NCBI GenBank assembly: GCA_038087875.1
Contig: CM075977.1
Coordinates: forward strand, 351,540,001-351,604,000
Length of the DNA: 64,000 nucleotides
Reading direction: 5' to 3'
Source: Malacoraja senta
Taxonomy: Eukaryota
In this document: piece by piece, positions 1 to 12,626 of the stretch
Layout of the letters: each line of letters opens with the position of its first letter
How positions within the stretch are numbered: position 1 is the stretch's first letter
Notes under the pieces: generated by a model
The model's input: the letters and a program-made list of their open reading frames with translations, nothing else
What the model was told of the DNA's origin: nothing
Database searches by the model: none
Position numbers and translations under genes: made by a program

Positions 1-316
1 TTCTAAATTCTTGTGAATATAAGCCCAGTCGATCCATTCTTTCATCATATGTCAGTCCCGTCATCCCGGAAATTAACCTGGTGAACCTATGCAGCACTCC
101 CTCAATAGCACGAATGTCCTTCCTCAAATTAGGAGACCAAAACTGCACACAATACTCCAGGTGTGGTCTCACCAGGGCCCTGTACAATTGCAGTTGGACC
201 TTTTTGCTCCTATACTCAAATCCTCTCGCTATGAAGGCCAACATGCCATTTGCTTTCTTCACTGCCTGCTGTACCTGCATGCTTACTTTCAGTGACTGAT
301 GTACAAGGACACCCAG
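1..316 (-). mobile_element. CR1-clade (HER1-like) LINE ORF2 fragment
   Basis: Minus strand encodes SLKVSMQVQQAVKKANGMLAFIARGFEYRSK..LYRALVRPHLEYCVQFWSP, the CR1 RT C-terminal region repeated across the window. Confidence 0.9.
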
Positions 317-964
317 TGTTTAAGAAAGAACTGCAGATGCTGGAAAAATCGATGGTAGACAAAAATGCTGGAGAAACTCACTGGGGGAGGCAGCATCTAT
401 GGAGAGAAGGAATAGGCGACATTTCGAGTCGAGACCCTTCGTCAGACTGATGTCAGTGGGAGGGGGGGGAAGGGGGAGGGAAGAAGAAAGGAAGAGGCAG
501 AGACAGTAGGCTTGTGGGAGAGCTTGGGAGGGGAAGGAAGAAGAAAGCAAGGACTATCCGAAATTGGAAAAGTCAATGTGTGTACCGCTGGGGTGTAAAA
601 TACCCAAGCAAAATATGAGGTGCTGTTCCTTCAATTTGCGCTGGGCCTCACTCTGGCAATGGAAGAGGCCCAGGACAGAAAAGTCATATTTGGAATGGGA
701 GAGGGAGTTGAAGTGCTGAGCCATCGGGAGATCAGGTTGGTTAGTGCGAACTGAGTGGAGGTGTTGGGCGAAGCGATCGCCCCGTGGTTCAGCACTTCAA
801 TTCACCCTCCCATTCCAAATCTGACCTTTCTGTCCTGGGCCTTCTCCAATGCCAGAGTGAGGCCCAGCGCAAATTGGAGGAACAGCACCTCATATTTCGC
901 TTGGGTAATTTACACCCCAGTGGTATGAACATTGACTTCTCCAATTTCAGATAGTCCTTGCTTG
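317..964. mobile_element. Penelope-like element remnant: GIY-YIG C-terminus plus pseudo-LTR, with inverted duplication
   Basis: 781-955 (+) reads PVVQHFNSPSHSKSDLSVLGLLQCQSEAQRKLEEQHLIFRLGNLHPSGMNIDFSNFR*, a PLE endonuclease C-terminus. About 547-730 is its inverted copy, followed on the minus strand by a hammerhead-like motif at 418-447. Confidence 0.8.
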
Positions 965-967
965 TCA

Positions 968-1920
968 AGCTCTGTTGAGAAGGGATTGGAATTTAAGAAT
1001 AAAAATATATATTTTGTACATTTGGAATAGTACTGGTGAGGCCACACTTGGAATATAATGCATAGTTTTAGTCCCCTTTCATTAAAAAAGGATGTTGAAG
1101 TACTGGAGAGAGTCCAAAGATGATTTCCCAGGCTAATTCCTTAGGTGAGAGGGTTGTCTCATCAAATAGAAACAAATAGGATCTTATAGAAACATATTCA
1201 ATTCTTAAGGGATTGAACAAGCTAGATGCAGGACAAATGTTCCCAACGTTGAGGGAGTCCAGAACCAGAGGTCACAGTTTAAGGATAAGGGGTAGGGCAT
1301 TTAGGTATGAAATTATGAAAAACGTTTTCACTCAGATAGTTGTGAATCTGTGGAATTCTCTGCCACAGAAGGCAGTGGAGGCCAATTCACTGGATGTTTT
1401 CAAGGGAGAGTTAGATTTAGCTCTTAGGGTTAACAGAATCAAGGGGGAGAAAGCAGGAACAGGGTACTGATTTGAATGATCAGCCATGATCATATTGAAT
1501 GGCTCAAAGGGCCGAAGGGCCTACTCCTGCACCTATTTTCTATGTTTCTATGTTTCTAAAAGAGGATAAACTGTTTGGATCTGTATTCCTTGGAATTTAA
1601 AAGAATGAGGGGCGACATTCCAACATACAATATCCCAAGGGAGCTCGACAGAATGGATGTTGAGATGTTGTAATGTAACTAAAAAATAAGGGCCCAGTTG
1701 TTAAAAACTGAAAATAGTGATTCTCTGAAATTTCCTGCACTTGAGAGGCCAGATTATTTGACATATGTAAGGTGAAAATAGATAAATATTTGAAAAATCA
1801 AGGTCTGACACGTTATGCAGAACTGGCACTAAAGAGGAGTTGGTGCCAGCATAGATCATATTGAAGGGCAGGGCAAGCGAGGGAATGGGTGGCTTACTCC
1901 TGCTCTTATTTTCTTATGTT
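968..1920 (+). mobile_element. Old CR1 fragment interrupted by a younger CR1 3' end (about 1179-1558)
   Basis: Degenerate VRPHLEY/FPRLIP segment. The younger insert encodes RTRGHSLRIRG..VVNLWNSLPQ and ends in TTTCTATGTTTCTA; the older copy resumes at about 1560. Confidence 0.8.
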
Positions 1921-2416
1921 CTTGAGACAGATGTGAGCTGTGGATAAAGTAGGGATCACAAATGTGGGGGGAGGAATCTGTAAATGAGTGAAATGGAGTT
2001 AGGGAGGAGGAATGTATTGCTGCAGGGAGATAGATTGGCTGCTGGAAAACTATAGATTATGAAGACACAAGAAACTGCAGTTGCTAAAATCTTGAGCAAA
2101 AAGCAAAACGCTAGAGGAATTCAGAAGGTGAGGTAGCATCTGTGGAAAGAATAGATTTTCCCCAGAACTCATATGTAATAATCCATGTGTGATCTGAACA
2201 GGACCGTTTGTATTTGTACTGTAAAAGCATAATATATTTAATCTTCTACAAATTAAGGCCAACATTCTAATAGCCTTTGTTCATGCATATCTATAACATT
2301 TTAATGAAGATTTTTTTTAAATTAAAGCAAAAATTGTCAATAGTGCCAAATATACAATATGGATGTATTCACTGTCAATCCAAATGTTAAAAGAAGGTAC
2401 ATTCCTGTTGGCATTC

Positions 2417-3099
2417 ATAGAAACATAGAAAATAGGTGCAGGAGTAGGCCATTCGGTCCATCAAGCTAGCACCACCATTCAATATGATCATGGCTGATAA
2501 TCCAAAATCAGCACCCAGTTCCTGCTTTCTCCTCACATTCCTTGATTCCATTAGCCCTAACTCTCCTAACTCTCTGTTGAAAACATCCAGTGAATTGGCC
2601 TCCACTGCCATCTGTGGCAGAGAATGCCACATATTCACAACTCTCTGGGTGAAAATGTTTTTCCTCATCTAAGTCCTAAATGGCCTTCCCTTTATTATTA
2701 CACTGTGAACCCTGGTTCTGGACTCTCCCACATCGGGATCATTTTTCCTGCAACTAGCCTGTCCAATCCCTTAAGAATTTGACATGTTTAAAAGATCCCC
2801 TCTCACGCTTCTAAATTCCAGTGAATATAAGCCCAGTCGATCCATCCTTTCATCATATGTCAGTCCCACCATCCCGGGATTTAACCTGGTGAACCTACGC
2901 TGCACTCCCTCAATAGCAAGAATGTCCTTCCTCAAATTAGGAGACCAAAACTGAACACAATACTCCAGGTGTGGTCTCACCAGGGCCCTGTACATCTGCA
3001 GTAGGAACTCCTTGCTCCTATACTCAAATCCTCTCGCAGTGAAGGCCAACGTGCCATTTGCTTTCCTCACTTCCTGCTGTACCTGCATGCTTACTTTCA
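2417..3099 (-). mobile_element. 5'-truncated CR1 LINE with 3' UTR and tail
   Basis: ORFs 2771-3196 and 2387-2668 carry CR1 RT C-terminal motifs; the tail reads ATAGAAACATAGAAA on + at 2417. Confidence 0.9.
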
Positions 3100-4473
3100 G
3101 GCATTCACTGGCATCCAGCATATAAAGGAAGACACTGCAGTTGACCAGTTGATCATTTCCTCGAAGGCCTTGCAGTGTCTCTGCTGCTGCTTTCACTGAC
3201 GTTACTAACTGTCAAACACATACTCGCATAATCTTGTTCCTCACCAAACCCAGGAGCAGGCAGCTTTGCATTTTTTTTCTTTAAAAGATTAAAACAAATA
3301 ATAATATTATGGAAAATATATGACTCCATTATCAATAATAGTTTTGTTTGCTGTAATATACTATTGATATGAATTTAATTGAAAATTACGAGTATTTAAA
3401 ATTTTTACTTTTTCTTTGATTTCTACCCTGTTCTTTCATTCACCTACTGTTTATATACAGTTATTCCATGCAAAATTACTTCCAAATGTTTCAATTCATT
3501 TCTTTCATTTATTTTTCACAGTACACTTCAAAGGCTGAAAGCATTTTTAAATTTGGATCTTCATTGACGGCATCAGGACTTCTTAACTCCTTAGAAACTC
3601 AGACTTTGAAGATTGACAAAGTCATATCATTGATGTGGTGAGGTGATTATTTGATAGGCATCTTCTGCAGCTAAATGGACTTGACAGCAGGATCCGTCAA
3701 GAAAGTAAATGTATAAAAATTACTGAACGCTTCAAGGTTTGTACTGTAAATACATCCACCACTTACTAGTTGAAAAAAATATTAATTGAGACAGAATTCT
3801 TCCAGTATTTTCCTGTTATATGTTCAAGTTATAATAGATTTTTTGTTCAAGTAATTTGGCAGGGTAGATGATGAGAGGATGCTTTGTCATGGCTTAGGTT
3901 TAGGTTTATTATTGTCACGTGAACCGAGATGCAGTGAAAACCCCTGTTTTGAATGCTATCCTATCAAACCAGATAATACTATACATAATTGCAATCAAGC
4001 CAAATTCAAGTACTGTAGGTGGAGCAACGGGAAAGATATAAAGTGCAGAATATAGTTATCAACATTACAGAGTATCAGTTCCCTAGATAAAATCCAATGT
4101 CCGCAGTGAGGTAGAGGAGAATTGGACTGTACCCTAGCTTGTGGAAGGACCATCCAATAGTGTGATAACAGAAGGGAAGAATCCGTTCCCGAGTCTGGTG
4201 GTTTGCATATTCATGTTTGTATATTTTCTGTCCAACGGGAGCAGAAAGAAGGAATGATCAGAGTCGGATAAGTCTGATTATGTTGGCTGTTTTCCTGAGG
4301 CAGCGTGAAGATGGGGTCAAGGATGGGAGAGGCCGGTTTGTGTGATGGTCTGGACTACAACTATGACTCTCTGCAATTTCTTGTGGTCTTCGGCAGATCT
4401 GCTTCCAAACAAAGCTATGATGCAACCTGAATGTGCATCTGTAGACGTTTGTAAGGGTCATTGGAAATATGCT

Positions 4474-5542
4474 AATAAATACTAATAAATGTGAAGTCAT
4501 TCACTTTGGGAAAAAAAATGATAGGGCAAGTTATTTTCTAAATGAGGAGGAGCTGCGCTGTAATGCAACGCAAAGGGATCTAGGGGTAGTAGTACATGAA
4601 TCACTAAAAGTTAGTATGCAGGTGCAGCAAGCTATCAGGAAGGCCAATGGAGTTTTGGCCTTTATTGCTAGGGGGATTGAGTATAAAAACACGGAGGTCT
4701 TGCTGCAGCTGTACACAGTATTAGTGAGACCACATTTGGAATACTGTGTACAGTTCTGGGGTCCATACTTAAGAAAGGATGTACTGGCCCTGGAGGCAGT
4801 GCAGCGAAGGTTTACAAGATTAATTCCTGCAATGAGGGGATTGACATATGAGGAAAGGTTAAGTAGGCTGGAACTCTACTCTTTGGAGTTTAGAAGAATG
4901 AGAGGCGATCTCATTGAAACATATAAGATCGTGAGGGGCCTTGATCGGGTGGATGCACCGAGGATGTTCCCAATGATCGGGGAAACTAGAACTAGGGGAC
5001 ATAGTTGCAGAATAAGGGGGGGCTCTTTTAAAACTGAGATGAGGAAGAACTTCTTCACCCAGAGGGTGGTTAATTTATGGAATTCACTGCCCCAGGGAGC
5101 AGTGGAAGCAGAAACATTAAATATATTTAAGTCTAAAATAGATGTTTTTTTAGTTGCCAAGGGGATAAGGGGCTACGGGGAGAGGGCAGGGATATGGACC
5201 TAGGTAGGGTTAGTATAGTAAGACCTGAGTGATCTCCTGGACAAGTGTCGATCGCCTGGATTGGGGTCGGAGAGGAATTTCCCGGATTTTTTTCCCGAAT
5301 TGGACCTGGGTTTTTATCCGTTTTTTTGCCTCCCCCAGGAGATCACGCGGTTCTTGGGGTGGAGAGGGGTGATAGCGGTATAAAGGGGAGGGTAGTGTCT
5401 TGTGTTCTGTGTCTTGTGTCTACTGTTTGTGGGTAGGGGTGTTTGTTTGGTGTTCAGCCATGAGCGAATGGCGGTGCGGGCTCGATGGACCTGGTGGTCT
5501 GCTCTCGCACCTACTTTCTATGATTCTATGATTCTATGATTC
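4474..5542 (+). mobile_element. Young 5'-truncated CR1 of a distinct subfamily with long 3' UTR
   Basis: Uninterrupted 244-aa RT C-terminal ORF (4469-5203), a ~340-bp 3' UTR, a (TATGATTC)n tail, and TATGCT repeated at 4468-4473 and 5543-5548. Confidence 0.9.
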
Positions 5543-5638
5543 TATGCTGAATTTCCTATGTCTCCTCAGGAAGTAAAGGCATTGGTGTGCCGTCTTGGCT
5601 GTCGTCAATGTGGTTGGCCCACAACAGATCATTAGTAA

Positions 5639-6046
5639 TAGACACAAAATGGTGGACTAACTCAACGGGACAGGCAGCATCTCTGGAGAGAAAGAATAGG
5701 TGACATTTTGGGTCGAGACCCTTCTTCAGACTGATGTCAGGGGAGAGGGAGCTACATGGATAAGGAAGTGTAAGGTGTGAAAACAGCACAAAGGGGGTAG
5801 AGATTAAGGAAAATGTAGAATGGTTCATTGTTAGCTGGGAGAATGTAATAACAAAGCAAACAGAGATAAAATGTAGTTGGAGACAGTCAGACTGGCCAGT
5901 CAGTCTGGACTTAATGTGTGCCATGTGTCGGAAGGAACTGCAGATGCTGGTTTAAACCGAAGATAGACACAGAAAGCTGGTGTAACTCAGTAGGACAGGC
6001 ACCATCTCTGGAGAGAAGGAATGGGTGTCGTCTCGGGTCGGGACCC
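5639..6046 (-). mobile_element. Two Penelope-derived pseudo-LTR fragments with degenerate hammerhead motifs
   Basis: Minus strand AGTCTGAAGAAGGGTCTCGACCCAAAATGTCACC at 5699-5732; a second, truncated unit at about 5924-6046. Confidence 0.7.
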
Positions 6047-6675
6047 ATGCCACCATCAGTCTCACAAAGTATTTCAAGATGGTGGATATCAGAACCACTG
6101 GACGGTATTCATAAAGGCAGCCTAACTTAAATTGGCACCAAAATGATAGTGGTCTTCTTAAAGAAAGTGGGGACCTCAGAATAGAGTAGTGAGAGGTTAA
6201 AGATGTCTGTGAATACATCTGCCAGCTGGTCCACACAGGTCATGAGACATGGCCAGGGATTCCATCTGGCCAAGTTGCTTTCCATGGATTCCCTCTCTGG
6301 AATCTGATCTTATGTTGGTGCCAGTGCACCTGAGACTGACAGGGCAGAAGGCGTCCTTCCACCGATCTTCTGTTCAAATCGAGTGTAGAATGCCTTGAGC
6401 TCATCAGGGATCGACCCATTGTTGCCGGTGACACTGCCCACATTGCTTTGTGGCTCACTATTCCAGTCAAGCCTTGCCACAATCTGCGGGTATCTGAGCG
6501 ATTGTCTCGGGACTCCAGCTTGGTCTGAAATTCCCTCTTGTCATCTTCAATGACTCGGCAAGGATCGTAGCTCTTTTACCATTTGAATCATTTGACTTGA
6601 ATGCTGCAGACTTAGACTTCACCTGGGACTTAGTGGTTCATCCATCGTATCCAATTGGGGAACACGTGTATCATC

Positions 6676-6912
6676 TTGTGTATAAAGGAACTGCAGATGC
6701 TGGTATACACTGAAGATAGACACAATGTCCTGGAGTAACTCAGCAGGTCTGGCAGCATCTCTGGAGAAAAAGAATGGGTGACATTTTGGGTTGGGATGCT
6801 TCTTTAGACCCTTCTTGAGTCTGAAGAAGGGTCCCGTCCTAAAACATAACCCAACCTTTTTCTCCAGAGATGCTGCCTGACCTGAGTTATTCGAGCACTT
6901 TTTTGTCTATCT
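6676..6912. mobile_element. Head-to-head inverted pair of Penelope-derived hammerhead units
   Basis: The left arm (minus unit) and right arm (plus unit, CTGAAGA at 6821) are reverse complements; flanks ACGTGTATCATCTT and ACATGTAGCATCTT look like a degenerate TSD. Confidence 0.7.
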
Positions 6913-7789
6913 TACATGTAGCATCTTTTTTGGTTCACAGTCCTCTACACACATGCTGAAGAAGTCAGTGACAGCAGTGACATATTCATCCACGTTAGTT
7001 CAGCTTCATTGAATATGGACCAGTCCACTGACTCACAGCAGTCATGGAGGATCTCATCTGTTTCCTCAGACCATCACGGCATGACTTTCTGTACCTGATC
7101 CTCCAGCTTCAGTTTCTGTTTGTAAGCAGGGATTAGAAGCACAGCCAAGTGGTCAACTTTACCAAATTGTGGTCAGGGAAAGGAGCGGTAGGCGTCTTTG
7201 ATGGCTGTGTAACTGTGGTCGAAGGTAGGAGGAATGTTAACATTATTTTGGTAGCATGCTCTTGAGGTTGGCCTGATTGCAGACCCTGACTAATAAGAAC
7301 AAGGCCATGGGGCACTTTGTTTTAAGGCTATTGGTGACAGTGTATAGTTCCTCGAGAGCACGCAGCATCAGCATGGGGTGAGCTGACGAGATAGTCAAAG
7401 TGAATTCCCATGGAAGGTATTAGGGTTGACACTTCTCCTTAAGGTATTCCAGTTCTGGGGAGCAGGAGCTCACCAGAACATCCGAGCACCATGCAGAGTT
7501 GATTAGGAAGCAGGCCGCTTCACACATAACGCTGCCCAAGGACACCATGCATTGTATGGCACATTAAACTGGAGCATCTCAACCTGTTAGGTGTGGCTTA
7601 GGGTAGGAGATTGGCCATGTAGGATGGTGATCAGAGCATATCCTTTACTTAAAACGGTATAATTTTTCTCTCAATACCCAAGAAGTCTTTGGATTTTCAA
7701 TTGTTGAGTATATTCAAGCTGAAATTGGTAGATTTTACACATTGAGGGAATCCGAGCATTTGGAGAATGGATGAGCAATTGAATGGAGT

Positions 7790-8500
7790 GTGGGACTGGT
7801 ACACCAGTCATTGAAAGTAGGCATGCAGGTGCAGCAGGCAGTGAAGAAAGCGAATGGTATGTTGGCCTTCATAGCAAGAGGATTTGAGTATAGGAGCAGG
7901 GAGGTTCTACTGCAGTTGTACAGGGTCTTGGTGAGACCACACCTGGAGTATTGCGTACAGTTTTGGTCTCCAAATCTGAGGAAGGACATTATAGCCATAG
8001 AGGGAGTGCAGAGAAGGTTCACCAGACTGATTCCTGGGATGTCAGGACTTTCATATGAAGAAAGACTGGATAGACTTGGCTTATACTCGCTAGAATTTAG
8101 GAGATTGAGAGGGGATCTTATAGAAACGTACAAAATTCTTATGGGGTTGGACAGGCTAGATGCAGGAAGATTGTTCCCGATGTTGGGGAAGTCCAGGACA
8201 AGAGGTCACAGCTTAAGGATAAGGGGGAAATCCTTTAAGACCGAGATGAGGAAAAACTTTTTCACACAGAGAGTGGTGAATCTCTGGAACTCTCTGCCAC
8301 AGAGGGTAGTTGAGGCCAGTTCATTGGCTATATTTAAGAGGGAGTTAGATGTGGCCCTTGTGGCTAAAGGGATCAGGGGGTATGGAGAGAAGGCAGGTAC
8401 GGGATACTGAGTGGGATGATCAGCCATGATCATATTGAATGGCGGTGCAGGCTCGAAGGGCCGAATGGCCTACTCCTGCACCTATTTTCTATGTATCTAT
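7790..8500 (+). mobile_element. Young 5'-truncated CR1 LINE
   Basis: Intact 206-aa RT C-terminal ORF (7790-8410), then the conserved 3' UTR and tail. Confidence 0.92.
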
Positions 8501-8561
8501 GTATCAATAATCATATTGAATGGCAAATTGGCTTGAGGGGGTCACATGCGATATTCCAGCT

Positions 8562-9152
8562 TATAGAGTCACACATCACTGAAACAGGCCCTTCAGCCCA
8601 ACTCATCCATGCTGATCAAAATGCACCATGTAAGTTTGTCCTATTTCCCCATGTTGACCCATATCTAGATAAACCTTTCCTGTTGGTCAGTGTGGGCAAG
8701 TTGGGCCGAAGGGTCTGCTTCCACACTGTATGACTCTATGCCTCTATCCATGTACCTGTCAATGTATTTTAAATGGTGTTGTAGTACCTGCCTCAATTAC
8801 CTCTTCTGGCAGCTCGTTCCATGTATCCACTGTCCAATGAGTGAAAAAACTCCCCTTCGGGTTCCTATTAAATCTTGCTCCTCTCACCTTAAATCAATAT
8901 ACTCTGGCTTTTGATTCATCTGCGCTGGGTACAGGACAGTGCATTCACCCTATCTCTCCCCCTCATAAGTTTACACACCTCTATAAGATCATCCCTTCTC
9001 TTCTTGCGCTCCAAGGAATAAAGTCCTAGCCTGCCCAACCTCCCCCGACAGCTCAGCCCTTCAAATGCTGGAAACATTCTCGTAAATCTTCTCTGCACTC
9101 TTTCCAGCTTAATAACATCCTTCCTACAGCAGGGTAACCAAAACTACACACA
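8562..9152 (-). mobile_element. Older CR1 3' fragment, with a short inverted piece near 8680-8740
   Basis: QRRFTRMFP..LGLYSLERKKRRDDLIEV (8916-9098). Confidence 0.75.
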
Positions 9153-9754
9153 GCCAAGAAAATTCACCTTATTTTGTTTATCTTTTAGCGTTTTAGCTTG
9201 AAGGTTCCTAGATTTCAAAGAGGACAAAAAAAACTGAGACTAGTTTACAACATTGCAAATTTGTGAAATATGATATATCATGTAAGAATAACAGAGTCTT
9301 CAACTTTTCCCTCCGGGCAGGTTTAAACACACAAGATCAAACTTAATAACAACCAGAAACAAGAATAAAGATCATTTCAAATGTTGGCATGAAGCTAACA
9401 TTGCCCTCCATTTCACTTGGTGGGAGTGCAGATTACATGGCTAAATTCCTTGAATCTTTATGTTTAAGAAGTTGTAGATTCAATGAAATAAAGTGACTTT
9501 TAATAGATAAAGATGCTTGTACTATTGTGCACTTTTAAAGTAAGTGAAACCTGTAGAGCGCACCAACGGTTCATGTTGTTACAAAATAAAACATTATGCT
9601 TATGATCAAACTAAATCAACCAAAAGTCTCATTCCATCAGAGCATTTAAAATAGTAAACAGTATCAAAGCAATTCTGGAGCATTATTAACAAAAGTTGAC
9701 CAAAGGACTCATTTTATGATTTTATTAAAGTAACAGCTTAACACCTTTATTAAG

Positions 9755-10073
9755 GGCAGCACGGTGGTGCAGTGGTAGAGTTGATGCCTTGCAGCGGTCG
9801 CAGCAAAGACCCGAGTTCGATCCCTATGGCTGCTGTCTGTAAGGGGTTTGTGCAGTCTCCCCGTGACTGCATGGGTTTTCTCTGAGACGTGCGGTTTCCT
9901 CCCACACTCCAAAGACATACAGGTTTGTCGGTTAATTGGCTTGGTATAAATGTAAATTGTCCCTAGTGTGTGTAGGATAATGTTGATGTGCGGGGATCGC
10001 TGGTCGGTGCGCACTTGGTGGGCCGAAGAGACTGTTTTCACCCTGTTGTCCCCAAACTGAACTAAACTAAACT
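9755..10073 (+). mobile_element. HE1/V-SINE-type tRNA-derived SINE
   Basis: Pol III box A (TGGTGCAGTGG) and box B (GTTCGATCC), V-domain-like core GGTTTCCTCCCACACTCCAAAGAC, CR1-like 3' end and (CTAAA)n tail. Confidence 0.85.
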
Positions 10074-10214
10074 AAGAGAGAGGACTGAGTTCTGGAGCAC
10101 CTTAAAGGAAGAGATGTAAGGGTACCAGGAAAGTAGGTTAAGGAACAAATTCCAGAGTATAAGGTCTAGCAACTGTTCTGAATCTGATCAGGTAACTGAT
10201 CTAATAATCAGAAC

Positions 10215-10492
10215 TTTACTTTACTTTAGAGATACAGCGTGGAAACAGGCCCTACACTCACACTATCCAACTTGGGATAATTTACAAGTTACAGAATCCA
10301 ATTAACCTGCTGGAGATTAAGAACTGGAATATCTTAGGGTGTAGATTTTCAGAGTGTGGGAGAAACTGGAGCACCCGGAGAAACCCCATGCGTCACAGCG
10401 AGAACGTACAAACTCCGTACAGACAGCACACAGAGTCAGGATTGAACTCAGATCTCTGGCGCTGTAAGGCATAAACTCTACCACTGCGCCCC
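10215..10492 (-). mobile_element. HE1-type SINE
   Basis: Reverse complement of the 9755 SINE (GAAACTGGAGCACCCGGAGAAACCCCA..ACTCTACCACTGCGCC). Confidence 0.8.
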
Positions 10493-10509
10493 CTAATAAT
10501 TGAACTGTA

Positions 10510-11830
10510 CCATTACAGGTAGATATGGTGGTGAAAAAAAGCTTTTGCCATACTGACCTTCATCAGTTAGGAAATTGAGTGGGATGTTATGGTACAGTTG
10601 TACAAGATGTTGGTGAGACTGCACTTGGAGTATGGTGTTTTATTTTGGTCACTCTGCAATAGAAAAAATGCCATTATGCTGGATAGAGTGCTGACATTTT
10701 TTACTAGTTTTACCAAGTTTTTGCTGGGACACGAGGGCCTGAGCTAAAGGGAGAGGTCAAGCAGACTTGGTCTTTATTCCTTGGAGCACAGGAGGCTGAT
10801 GGATGATGATATAAAATTATGAAGGAAGTAGATAGGGTGGATACACCAAGTCATTTCCCAGGGTCTGGGAATCAAAAACTGGAGGGCATAGGTTTAAGGT
10901 GAGAGTGAAAAGATTTAAAAGGAGCCTAACATGCAACTTTTTCATACAGAGGTGGTGGGTATATATAAAACAAGTTGCCAGAGGAAGTAGTTGCGGTAAG
11001 TATATTAACAAGAATCAAAAGATATTTGGACAGGTACATGGATAGGAAAAGTTTAAAGTTATATGGGGCTAGGTGTGGTCAAATAGGACTAGTGTTGATG
11101 GGCCATGTTGGGTTGGTCTGTGTGGAAGAGTTAGGCCAAAGGGCCCATTTCCACGCTGTAAGACTATGACTGAAGTGTTGGTGCAGGTGGAGAGAAGAAA
11201 ATCATGTTTGAGGAATAGCCAGAATTGCAGAATTAAAGAGATTTTGAATATTTGTAGGGGATAGATGTGTCTCAGAAATGTATGTGAGCCTGTGGAGTGT
11301 TTTAAAAACAATGTGAGAACTGCAATGTTGAAGAATTGCTGATGAGTCATGAGCGACGAAGAAATAGATGAACAAAAATCATTTCAGAAGGAATATTTGT
11401 GAGGTGGATTACACTGTTGGTGTACCTCAGTTTCGATGCTTGATCCATTGTTATTTGTCAGCAATATCAACAAATTGGATGAGAATATACAAGTAAGGTT
11501 TGTAAATTCGCAGAAGACACTAACAAAAGTGGCATGGTAGAGAGGGAAGAAGGTAAATAAACATTATTTCTGGGTAAATGGGCCAAGGAATGATAAATGG
11601 AGTTTAATTCAGATATGTGTGAGGTGTTGCATTTTGATAAGTCAAAGCAGGGTAGGACTGTCACCTTGCATGGTAGGGTCCTGGGGAGTGTTGTAGAGTG
11701 GAGCTAGCATAGGTGGGCATCTTGGAGAGATACATGGAGATAGATCAAATGCGAGCAAGTGGGGCTAGCATAGGTGGAGTTGTTATGGTGGAGTTGGGTC
11801 GCAGAACATGTTTCCATGCTATATAACACT
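10510..11830 (+). mobile_element. Two old CR1 fragments (about 10510-11170 and 11400-11830)
   Basis: Degenerate LVRLHLEY, GHRFKVR, GVPQFRCL, KFAEDT and WQMEFN-like motifs. Confidence 0.7.
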
Positions 11831-12332
11831 GTGCCTCTATCTACCTTACAGTTCAATAGTTTATGCAATCCTGAAGTTGCTATCTTCAACCAATAAATAT
11901 CAGTGTGCCTTGCAACAGATTCTATAACAATAACTGACTGTAATGTCTGCATCAATCAATCTTTTAACAGCATGGCTGTTGATATTGGCAGTTTGATTTT
12001 AACATTACTTAAGAAAAATAAAACATTTATCACACAAATAGCTTTTTTTTTAGGAAACATTTCCAATCATGCATGATGATAGACTCAAAAATAAAATATT
12101 ATGGCCCTCAGGCTCTTAGAATCAAGATGACAGTACTTGATAGAGTTTCCACCCTCACCAGAATCACTGGTCTGGATGCACATTGGGCTGGTTTTGAAAA
12201 GAGTTTTGTTTTGTCTCAAGTTCCTGTTTAAACATGTTTTCATTTGCTCAATCAGTCTATGATTTAGAAAGTTACAGAAGAGTGTTTTTGTTTTAAATAT
12301 TCCTTGATATATTTAATAGAAGTTTGTCTTTT

Positions 12333-12626
12333 TTTAGTTTAGAAATACAGCATGGAAACAGTCCCTTCAGCCCATCCGGTCCATGCCGACCAACAATCAC
12401 CCATACACGAGTTTTAACCTACACTCTAGGGACAATTTACAGAAGCCAATTTACCTACAAACCTGCACGTCTTTGTAATATGGGAGGAAACCGTAACACC
12501 CAGAGAAAACCCATACGGTCACAGGGAGAACGTACAAACTCCGTATAAACAGCACCCGTAGTCAGGATTGAATCCAGGTCTGTGAGTGCTGTAAGGCAGC
12601 AACTCTACCACTGTGCTACTGTGCAC
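12333..12626 (-). mobile_element. HE1-type SINE
   Basis: Same consensus as the 9755 SINE, reverse orientation. Confidence 0.85.

Larger units (their letters stand above)
3893..7650 (-). mobile_element. Degraded Rex1/Babar-like LINE (APE + RT) interrupted by CR1 and Penelope-derived inserts
   Basis: Minus-strand remnants resemble the 31.2-33.3 kb copy: P(W)[10 protein letters not shown] (6240-6482), SRCLRKTANII (4258-4500), APE-like segments near 7130-7300, and a (TAAACC)-like tail near 3895. Confidence 0.65.

Noticed and set aside
3512-3710. Possible exon (TTTTTCACAG acceptor, weak GTAAAT donor)
   Set aside because: Stops in all three frames and no partner exons; a non-coding exon cannot be supported without RNA data.
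9755-9830. tRNA gene
   Set aside because: The box A/B head continues into a SINE body; no full cloverleaf.
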